This document shows, piece after piece, positions 1-5,934 of a DNA stretch of 64,000 bases. The translations under genes were made by a program, and so were the position numbers. A model generated the notes under the pieces. It was not told the origin of the DNA. It saw nothing but the letters and a program-made list of their open reading frames with translations, and made no database searches. Within the stretch, counting starts at the first letter, position 1. Each line of letters opens with the position of its first letter. Source of the DNA: an uncultured Candidatus Saccharibacteria bacterium (GTDB taxonomy: Bacteria; Patescibacteriota; Saccharimonadia; Saccharimonadales; CAYLGV01); assembly GCA_964383395.1 (NCBI GenBank), contig CAYLGV010000001.1, positions 4,031 to 68,030 on the forward strand. The letters are read 5' to 3'.

Positions 1-1130
1 AGCAGATCCTGAAAGAGTTTACCGAGGTGCTGGGTGCTCTCGTGAGCTTTTTCTAAGTAACTCCTAGCCTTACTATCAATGCGCGTAACTTTGTCATTTA
101 AGGCCAAGGCAAGATAGCCTTCAATAGCTGCCACAGGCGTACGCATCTCGTGGCTAGCAGTACTAATAAAATCAGCTCGTCGATGTTCCTCACTACGTTG
201 TTCACTGACATCACGTATCACAGCTACGGCACCCACCGACTCATTTGTTTTCGGTAGGATAACTGGCGAAATAACCAAGGACACAATCTTGCTGTCGGCC
301 TTCGTTTTATTAACGAGTTGCAGAATACTTGTTACCGTCTTGCCTTCTTCAATCACGGTATGAAAGGGATTTTCTTCATTAGTTAACTCTTTGCCGTCTT
401 CATGATTGAACTTGAGTACTAGCTGCACGTCGATGTTAGTAGCCTCGTCGATAGCCCAACCAGTCATAGTGGCCGCTGCGGGGTTAAACAGGCTAATTTT
501 GCCCTCTACGTCGGTCACAACCACACCATCAGTGATAGACTGCAGTAAAATCTCGGCTTGTTGCTGGTTGCTCTTGAGCGCACCAGATAGTTTGGCAATT
601 TGCACATTCACGCGGTCAACATACATGCGCCGCCAAATGAAATACGTAGCCCCACCCCAGGCATAACTAACCGCCAAGAAGACAATGTTCAGCCCATCAA
701 CAGTAACTTGCCCCCGGCTATTAGTCATGAGAAGCATAAAGTACATAGTGATGAGAACCTCAAAACTGAGGACCATATAGCCACCAAACATGCCGCCAAA
801 GAACAAAAGCGTGAGCCAGAGGATTCCAAATGGTGAGTGTAGTTGACCAGTGCTGTTTACGAAGTTAATACATAGCAGCATGATTATCAGGTGAAGCCCG
901 AAGGTGGCCATTCGACGTTCGTAACGTTGCACAAAGCGTTCATAGAAAAATGCCCTGAAAATTACGGCAGTCGCTGAAACCACTAGGGCTACCGAGTTAA
1001 AGCCATAATGGTCCAAATGCTTGAACGGTGCTACAAACAATGCCAATAGGCAGATAACAAGTGTGACACCAGCAATAATCGTGAGTATCCAGCAATAAAG
1101 CTTATACCAAGATTCTTTTACGGACTGCAT
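1..1130 (-). CDS. Membrane-bound PAS-domain sensor histidine kinase, C-terminal part cut off by the window edge
   Basis: I translated the minus strand from ATG 1130-1128; it is absent from the ORF track because no stop lies inside the window. It reads MQSVKESWYKLYCWILTIIAGV..., with several hydrophobic segments, a PAS-like middle part, and the H-box ASHEMRTP encoded at 158-135. Confidence 0.8.
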   Translation of the reverse strand, partial: MQSVKESWYKLYCWILTIIAGVTLVICLLALFVAPFKHLDHYGFNSVALVVSATAVIFRAFFYERFVQRYERRMATFGLHLIIMLLCINFVNSTGQLHSPFGILWLTLLFFGGMFGGYMVLSFEVLITMYFMLLMTNSRGQVTVDGLNIVFLAVSYAWGGATYFIWRRMYVDRVNVQIAKLSGALKSNQQQAEILLQSITDGVVVTDVEGKISLFNPAAATMTGWAIDEATNIDVQLVLKFNHEDGKELTNEENPFHTVIEEGKTVTSILQLVNKTKADSKIVSLVISPVILPKTNESVGAVAVIRDVSEQRSEEHRRADFISTASHEMRTPVAAIEGYLALALNDKVTRIDSKARSYLEKAHESTQHLGKLFQDL

Positions 1131-1295
1131 TTCGTCAATAACCCACCAGGCTGTATGTTAGTTGCTTACGCTTATCTGTTGGCTAGTATACAGGCTTGTC
1201 TCTGTTTTGACGAGATATTGACTGGACGCGCCATCCCTGTTGTGGTAAGATTTTCTCTTGTCTGGATACAGTGTTAAATCTCGTTCCATACGCGT

Positions 1296-1371
1296 GGCCC
1301 CGTCGTCTAGTGGTTAGGATATCTGGTTCTCATCCAGAAGATCGCGGGTTCGAATCCCGCCGGGGTCACCA
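1296..1371 (+). tRNA. tRNA-Glu (anticodon CUC), CCA encoded
   Basis: Hand-folded cloverleaf. Acceptor GGCCCCG pairs with CGGGGTC. Anticodon stem TCTGG/CCAGA carries loop TTCTCAT. T-arm is GCGGG-TTCGAAT-CCCGC, followed by discriminator A and CCA. Confidence 0.85.
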
Positions 1372-1378
1372 CGAAAAT

Positions 1379-1403
1379 AGCTCAGCGAAAGCTGGGCTTT
1401 TTT
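1379..1403 (+). terminator. Intrinsic terminator after tRNA-Glu
   Basis: Hairpin AGCTCAGC-gaaa-GCTGGGCT followed by a T run. Confidence 0.6.
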
Positions 1404-1410
1404 CGTGGTG

Positions 1411-1512
1411 GTTCTCTCGAGAACCGAACCCGCAGGGTTCGATCTTCGAGGACGCGCGCAGGTGCTCGCACCGAGCACGCCGCAAGAAGTAATCATCCCT
1501 CCAGGGTCACCA
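1411..1512. repeat. Repeat M1: ~77-nt core plus an 18-nt copy of the tRNA-Glu 3' end
   Basis: The sequence GTTCTCTCGAGAACCGAACCCGCAGGGTTCGATCTTC...GCAAGAAGTAATCATCCC recurs at 2674-2766 and, degenerate, at 6931-7008. Its tail ATCCCTCCAGGGTCACCA (1495-1512) matches tRNA-Glu 1354-1371 at 16 of 18 positions. Confidence 0.8.
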
Positions 1513-1527
1513 AGACGCTAATGCTTA

Positions 1528-1559
1528 AATACTTCTCTTTTGGAGAAGTATTTTTATTT
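1528..1559 (+). terminator. AT-rich hairpin with T tract just upstream of the nucleotidyltransferase gene
   Basis: AATACTTCTC-ttttg-GAGAAGTATT followed by TTTATTT. It could terminate an M1-containing transcript or act as a leader structure. It overlaps a possible -35/-10 pair (TTGGAG, 16-nt spacer, TAACAT, then 6 nt to ATG 1574). Confidence 0.45.
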
Positions 1560-1573
1560 GATAACATTTACAT

Positions 1574-2119
1574 ATGAACGAGACTGATACAAATAATCCC
1601 GAAAAACAAATGAGCTCACATGATGTCGTCTCTTTAATACAGCTTTGTGAAGAAAACGCTATCGAAGTCTATATAGATGGAGGCTGGGGTGTTGATGCAC
1701 TACTCGGCCAACAAACTCGCCAGCATGGTGACCTTGATATTGCTTTACCGCACAAACAAGTCCCTGTGTTACGTGCCCTGCTTGAAACAAGGGGTTATCG
1801 TGAAGTGCCACGTGATGATACGCGAGACTGCAACTTTGTCCTTGGTGATGACAATGGTCATGAAATTGATCTTCATTCATATACATTTGACGACCAAGGT
1901 AATAACGTATTTGGCGTAGCATATGAGCCGAGGCATTTAACTGGAACCGGCAGCATTAATGGTTACCCAGTAAAATGCATACCCGCAGATGTAATGATAG
2001 AGTTTCATCAAGGTTATGAAGTAGATGTCGATGATTACCATGACGTACGGGCTCTTTGCGATAAGTTTGGGTTTGAATTACCTGCCATTTACGAGAAGTT
2101 TGAAACGAAAGAGTTGTAA
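1574..2119 (+). CDS. Aminoglycoside-2''-adenylyltransferase (AadB/ANT(2'')) family nucleotidyltransferase
   Basis: 181-aa ORF. The N-terminal IDGGWGVDALLGQQTRQHGDLDIALP resembles the AadB signature GGGWAIDARLGRVTRKHDDIDL. The substrate cannot be read from the sequence. Confidence 0.7.
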   Translation: MNETDTNNPEKQMSSHDVVSLIQLCEENAIEVYIDGGWGVDALLGQQTRQHGDLDIALPHKQVPVLRALLETRGYREVPRDDTRDCNFVLGDDNGHEIDLHSYTFDDQGNNVFGVAYEPRHLTGTGSINGYPVKCIPADVMIEFHQGYEVDVDDYHDVRALCDKFGFELPAIYEKFETKEL

Positions 2120-2166
2120 ATAGCTAGGAAGAAAGCAAACGCCGCCACCGCAAAAACTCATCATAT

Positions 2167-2200
2167 ATGGGCGCTAAACTTTCAGGTGTTAGGTCACCAA
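2167..2200. repeat. 34-nt direct repeat, copy A (ATGGGCGCTAA...GTTAGGTCACCAA)
   Basis: 25 of 34 positions are identical to 2639-2672 by hand alignment. Its 3' end GGTCACCAA matches the tRNA-Glu and M1 tail. Confidence 0.6.
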
Positions 2201-2236
2201 TTGATTAACACATGTATTTATGTTATAGTTTGATTA
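2201..2236 (+). promoter_or_regulatory. Sigma70-type promoter placed for a leaderless transcript of the 2237 ORF
   Basis: TTGATT (2201-2206), 17-nt spacer, TATAGT (2224-2229), then 7 nt to ATG 2237. There is no Shine-Dalgarno sequence. Confidence 0.5.
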
Positions 2237-2557
2237 ATGAGTATACGAAAATCTGAATTTGTACCTGTTGTTCCTCCTGAGGAGCATCCTTACATGCATC
2301 ATCTTTATGCACGTACTGGGCTCGAATTAACGAGTGAAGCGGATGTAGTCTTGGCAGCCGCACACAGGAAGTGGAGCTCAGGATCAGAAGTTGAAGACCG
2401 CGTTGAAGTGGCAGAGTTACTATTAGGTCGAAGAATAGATGGTCAAGAGCTACATACTTTGCCAGTAGCATTTGGTTTACATATCTTCCATCCAGAAGAT
2501 TTTGACGGATTATTGAATATTGTTTCGCGAATTGCCGAAACTGAGCATGGTCAGTAA
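2237..2557 (+). CDS. Hypothetical protein (106 aa)
   Basis: ORF with a promoter-like signal directly upstream. Its N-terminal motif SEFVPVVPPEEHP resembles GFVPAIPPEEP in the 3431 ORF. Confidence 0.55.
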   Translation: MSIRKSEFVPVVPPEEHPYMHHLYARTGLELTSEADVVLAAAHRKWSSGSEVEDRVEVAELLLGRRIDGQELHTLPVAFGLHIFHPEDFDGLLNIVSRIAETEHGQ

Positions 2558-2638
2558 TTCCAGACAGTAAATGTCCTGTTTATAGCCACATTACAACTAG
2601 AATTTAGGATCTTTTGCCATCGTCTGAATTCACTGTAA

Positions 2639-2672
2639 ATGGGTGCTAATAATTCGTCGGTTAGGTCACTAA
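2639..2672. repeat. 34-nt direct repeat, copy B (ATGGGTGCTAA...GTTAGGTCACTAA)
   Basis: Matches 2167-2200. It abuts repeat M2. Confidence 0.6.
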
Positions 2673-2673
2673 A

Positions 2674-2766
2674 GTTCTCTACGAGAACCGAACCCGTAGG
2701 GTTCGATCTTCAAAAGCTCTCACAGGAGCTCCCTCCGAGAAAGCTTGCAGAAGTAATCATCCCGCC
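2674..2766. repeat. Repeat M2 (~93 nt)
   Basis: The 5' 37 nt are near-identical to M1 and the 3' end GCAGAAGTAATCATCCCGCC is shared. The central hairpin differs in sequence but still folds. Confidence 0.8.
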
Positions 2767-2774
2767 AAAAACGA

Positions 2775-2810
2775 TTGACACTAGCGCACTAGTATGCTAG
2801 TATATAGCCT
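2775..2810 (+). promoter_or_regulatory. Promoter of the trpR-like gene overlapped by three CTAG boxes (putative TrpR-family operator)
   Basis: TTGACA (2775-2780), 17-nt spacer, TAGTAT (2798-2803), then 7 nt to ATG 2811. CTAG starts at 2781, 2789 and 2797, an exact 8-bp phasing. Confidence 0.55.
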
Positions 2811-3062
2811 ATGTCAAACTTTAATGACGTAACCGATATTATCTACACCACTCGAGACAAAGGGCTGCTTGAGGACTTTCTTGTTGGTCTTACAACCGAC
2901 AAAGAACGTGCCGAACTGGCTCAACGAGTAGAAATCATTAAGCGATTAATTGCGGGTGAACCGCAAGCTAAAATCGCCAGTGATTTAGGAGTTGGTATTG
3001 CGACGGTTACTCGTGGCTCAAAGGCGTTGAGCCAAGGTCACTTTAAGGCTTTGAGGAAATAA
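2811..3062 (+). CDS. TrpR-related YerC/YecD family DNA-binding protein
   Basis: 83 aa. The segment EPQAKIASDLGVGIATVTRGSKAL is a TrpR-type helix-turn-helix. Size and layout fit the YerC/YecD family. Confidence 0.7.
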   Translation: MSNFNDVTDIIYTTRDKGLLEDFLVGLTTDKERAELAQRVEIIKRLIAGEPQAKIASDLGVGIATVTRGSKALSQGHFKALRK

Positions 3063-3064
3063 TA

Positions 3065-3133
3065 ATGACTAACTTACATATTAGGCAGCAGAACACTTGG
3101 TGGAACTCGCGTTATATATGGGAGTCTATTTGA
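3065..3133 (+). CDS. Trp-codon-rich leader peptide (trpL-like), 22 codons
   Basis: I read ATG ACT AAC TTA CAT ATT AGG CAG CAG AAC ACT TGG TGG AAC TCG CGT TAT ATA TGG GAG TCT ATT TGA. Tandem TGG codons lie at 3098-3103 and a third TGG at 3119-3121. GAGG (3053-3056) sits 8 nt upstream of the ATG. Confidence 0.7.
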   Translation: MTNLHIRQQNTWWNSRYIWESI

Positions 3134-3161
3134 CGTACTAAATTGTAAATAAGCAAATAAT

Positions 3162-3184
3162 CGCCTCCCATCTGGGAGGTTTTT
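3162..3184 (+). terminator. Attenuator terminator between the leader peptide and the trp structural genes
   Basis: Stem CCTCCC (3164-3169) pairs with GGGAGG (3174-3179), followed by TTTTT (3180-3184). The 5' arm can instead pair with ATGGGAG (3118-3124) inside the leader ORF. Confidence 0.7.
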
Positions 3185-3203
3185 AATATTAAGGAGAAAT
3201 ACT

Positions 3204-3434
3204 ATGAATGAACATTATGAACAAAGAGTGCCTGAGTACCGCCAGGCGTTTGAATCGATCTGCCAAGAATTTGGATCAGCGAAGGTCGTAGAACTACTGG
3301 TGGCCTGTTTTGGCGAAGAACCAACAGGATATGCCCTAGAAAAGCTTGGAGTAGCGGGCGTAATGCCTGGCATTCAACTCGTACACGTCTACGGAAGAAA
3401 TCGTAATTTTGAATATATAGGAGAACAATCATGA
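3204..3434 (+). CDS. Hypothetical protein (76 aa), first gene after the attenuator
   Basis: AAGGAG ribosome-binding site 8 nt upstream. Its stop overlaps the next start (ATGA). Confidence 0.6.
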   Translation: MNEHYEQRVPEYRQAFESICQEFGSAKVVELLVACFGEEPTGYALEKLGVAGVMPGIQLVHVYGRNRNFEYIGEQS

Positions 3435-3988
3435 GTGAAACAATGCAACCACGTAACGGAGATGAACGGAGAGACCGGATAATGGATATTCGAGAGCGTA
3501 AAGGTCACTTACTTGGACGAGGGATCATCGTGAGCAGCGGTAACCCTGGTTTCGTGCCAGCTATACCACCGGAGGAACCTCTGAAGTACAGCACACCTTA
3601 CATCGACAAAGATGGGAAACCTGCGTATAAGTATCGCGGCAAGCCAACTAGCTCTATTCGTACGCTACCAGCTGACCAAAGTGAATTTGTAAGGACAAGG
3701 AATAGGCATAGCGCTGAGGGGTGTGGGCGAACTGCTTTGAGCACTGCCGTAGAGCGTCAGCAAATAATGATTGCCGAGGACTTAGCTTACGAGCAACAGA
3801 CTAGTGAGGAGGCTCGAGCTAATCGACTTAATCGCTACTTAGAGCTTCTTGGAGACGGAACGGCTCTACTGGATGAGGCTGCTGTGGATGAGCTCAATGG
3901 CCTCGCTCATGAATTCCATATGCCACGTGACTATATAGAAGCGTGTCAGATTATGGATGCGGGAGGTGTGAGTTATGGCATCTGCTAA
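3431..3988 (+). CDS. Hypothetical protein (185 aa)
   Basis: Translationally coupled on both sides, with a 4-nt overlap upstream and a 14-nt overlap with trpB. I recognised no family. Confidence 0.6.
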   Translation: MSETMQPRNGDERRDRIMDIRERKGHLLGRGIIVSSGNPGFVPAIPPEEPLKYSTPYIDKDGKPAYKYRGKPTSSIRTLPADQSEFVRTRNRHSAEGCGRTALSTAVERQQIMIAEDLAYEQQTSEEARANRLNRYLELLGDGTALLDEAAVDELNGLAHEFHMPRDYIEACQIMDAGGVSYGIC

Positions 3989-5189
3989 CATGTTTTACGG
4001 CAAGTACGGGGGCCGTTATGTGCCCGAAATGCTTCAGCCAGCTTTGACTGAACTAGCTGAAGCATATGACAAGCTCAAGAAGGATCCTGATTTCCGAGCA
4101 GAGCTTAAGGAGTTACAAACCAAGTACAATAACCGCCCTACACCACTGGTACATGCCCAAAGCCTGACTGCTCAACTTGGTGGAGCGCAGATATACCTCA
4201 AGAACGAAGGTATGAATCATACAGGTGCACATAAGATTAACCATTGTCTTGGGCAGGCGCTTGTTGCCCGTAAATTGGATAAGAAGCGTCTTATCGCCGA
4301 GACTGGCGCTGGGCAGCATGGTGTGGCAACCGCCACAGTAGCAGCACGCCTGGGATTTGAGTGCACGATTTATATGGGCGCGCTTGATATGGACCGCCAG
4401 CGACCAAACGTACTCCTCATGGAATTACTGGGTGCTGAAGTCATTCCGGTTACTTTTGGTGCACGTACACTCAAAGATGCAGTCAGTGCTGCGATGAAAG
4501 ACTACCTGCAGAATTCAGACACGACACACTACGTGATTGGATCATGCCTCGGGCCTGATCCCTACCCGCGCATGAATCGTGATTTCCAAGCTATTATTGG
4601 TAAGGAGATACGACAGCAACTCGATAGAATACCAGATTACGTTGTTGCCTGTGTGGGCGGAGGTAGCAATGCACTTGGTGCTTTTACCGAGTTTTTGAAA
4701 GATCGAAATGTTACGCTTATTGGCGTTGAGGCTGGTGGTAAGGGCAAAAAACTTGGCGAGCATGCAACACGTTTCCCTGCGGCAAAATCAGGTATCGTGG
4801 AGGGCTACAAGTCGTACTTCTTGCAAGACGCAGATGGTAATACTGCCAAAACACATAGCATTGCTGCCGGGCTTGACTATATTGGGGTTGGCCCAGAGTT
4901 AGCTGCTCTACATGACCAGGGTCGAGTGGAGTTTACTCGAGCAAGTGACAAGGAAGCGCTCGCTGCTGTTAAGTTCCTAGCCCAGACTGAGGGCATTATT
5001 CCGGCTCTCGAATCTGCTCATGCTGTTGCTCACGCAATAAAGATTGCACCTAGACTACCGACAGACACGACTATAGTGGTTAATGTTTCTGGGCGTGGTG
5101 ATAAGGATTTGTTTACCCTTGCTCGTGCTTTCGATGCAAAAAACTTTTCTACATTCTTACAAAACGAGGTACAACACTATGAAAAATAA
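3975..5189 (+). CDS. trpB: Tryptophan synthase beta chain
   Basis: 404 aa. Contains GGRYVPE, NEGMNHTGAHKINH (PLP lysine region) and ETGAGQHGVATA. GGAGG lies 8 nt upstream. Confidence 0.92.
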   Translation: MASANMFYGKYGGRYVPEMLQPALTELAEAYDKLKKDPDFRAELKELQTKYNNRPTPLVHAQSLTAQLGGAQIYLKNEGMNHTGAHKINHCLGQALVARKLDKKRLIAETGAGQHGVATATVAARLGFECTIYMGALDMDRQRPNVLLMELLGAEVIPVTFGARTLKDAVSAAMKDYLQNSDTTHYVIGSCLGPDPYPRMNRDFQAIIGKEIRQQLDRIPDYVVACVGGGSNALGAFTEFLKDRNVTLIGVEAGGKGKKLGEHATRFPAAKSGIVEGYKSYFLQDADGNTAKTHSIAAGLDYIGVGPELAALHDQGRVEFTRASDKEALAAVKFLAQTEGIIPALESAHAVAHAIKIAPRLPTDTTIVVNVSGRGDKDLFTLARAFDAKNFSTFLQNEVQHYEK

Positions 5190-5934
5190 GATCATGACAC
5201 ATGTTGTGGCGGGTTACCCAAACCTAGAGGATTGCTTGGCTTTAATGCTAGAAATGCAAGATGCGGGTGTTCATGCGATTGAGGTGCAGATCCCTTTCAC
5301 TGACCCAATAGCAGACGGTGAAACAATCATGAAGGCCAACGATATTGCATTGACTAATGGCGTGACAATAGAAAGTTGTTTCGGGCTCATTCTGGCTGCC
5401 CGCAATGCAGGCTTAATGGTGCCGATCTACATCATGAGTTATGTGCACAAAGTGGCACATGTGGGCTTTCAAGAGTTTTGCGAGCAAGCAAAACAATGTC
5501 AGGCTGATGGTCTGATCATTCCTGACCTCCCTGCTAGCATGCCGGAGTTTAAGGCGTTGTTAAAACAGTGTGCTCAGTTCAAACTTGACCTGGTTCCTGT
5601 ACTATCGCCCGGCATGGCTGATGCCAGGCTTAAAGCGTACAAGTCGCAGTCTACGGACTTTGTGTACGTTACAAGCGGCAGAGGTATTACGGGAAATAAG
5701 CTGGCGCTTGACCCAGAGCTTACGCAGCTCGTTGAACACGTACGATCGGAGATATTATGTGATGTCGCGTTGGGTTTTGGTATCCAGAGTCAACTTGATG
5801 TTAAGAAAGCACTTGAAATTGCTGATATCGCAGTCGTTGGCAGCGCAGTTATTCGTGAGATTGAGCAGCGTGGAGTCAAAGGTGCTGCTGCATTTGTAAA
5901 ACAACTAATTAAGAAAACAGATCATGACAACTAA
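5179..5934 (+). CDS. trpA: Tryptophan synthase alpha chain
   Basis: The track ORF starts at 5083, but GAGG plus ATG 5179 overlapping the trpB stop gives MKNKIMTHVVAGYPNLED...IEVQIPFTDPIADGETI, which is TrpA-like. Confidence 0.85.
   Translation: MKNKIMTHVVAGYPNLEDCLALMLEMQDAGVHAIEVQIPFTDPIADGETIMKANDIALTNGVTIESCFGLILAARNAGLMVPIYIMSYVHKVAHVGFQEFCEQAKQCQADGLIIPDLPASMPEFKALLKQCAQFKLDLVPVLSPGMADARLKAYKSQSTDFVYVTSGRGITGNKLALDPELTQLVEHVRSEILCDVALGFGIQSQLDVKKALEIADIAVVGSAVIREIEQRGVKGAAAFVKQLIKKTDHDN

Noticed and set aside
1271-1496. Track ORFs 1271-1492 (+) and 1314-1496 (-) overlapping tRNA-Glu and repeat M1. Short MITS... peptides can also be read on the minus strand of M1 and M2.
   Set aside because: They overlap a well-folded tRNA gene. 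The M1 and M2 minus-strand peptides diverge after 4 residues, and the GGAGGG lies only 0-1 nt from the ATG. Conservation is at the nucleotide and structure level, not the peptide level.
2187-2672. Possible integron gene cassettes. GTTAGGT at 2187 and 2659 fits the attC core GTTRRRY, and aadB-family genes are classic cassettes.
   Set aside because: I could not find an inverse core (RYYYAAC) at a suitable distance, or the imperfect inverted-repeat structure of attC. No intI gene or attI is in the window.
2674-2766. M2 (and M1) as a T-box riboswitch controlling the trp and trpS genes.
   Set aside because: There is no T-box consensus (AAUNAGGGUGGNACCGCG-like) and no recognisable specifier loop with UGG. 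M2 lies upstream of the promoter rather than in the leader. A leader-peptide attenuator already explains the terminator at 3162-3184.
5083-5178. The upstream extension of trpA given by the ORF track (start 5083).
   Set aside because: The extension overlaps trpB by about 100 nt in another frame and encodes a non-TrpA-like hydrophobic peptide. ATG 5179 has a GAGG site and gives a canonical TrpA N-terminus.
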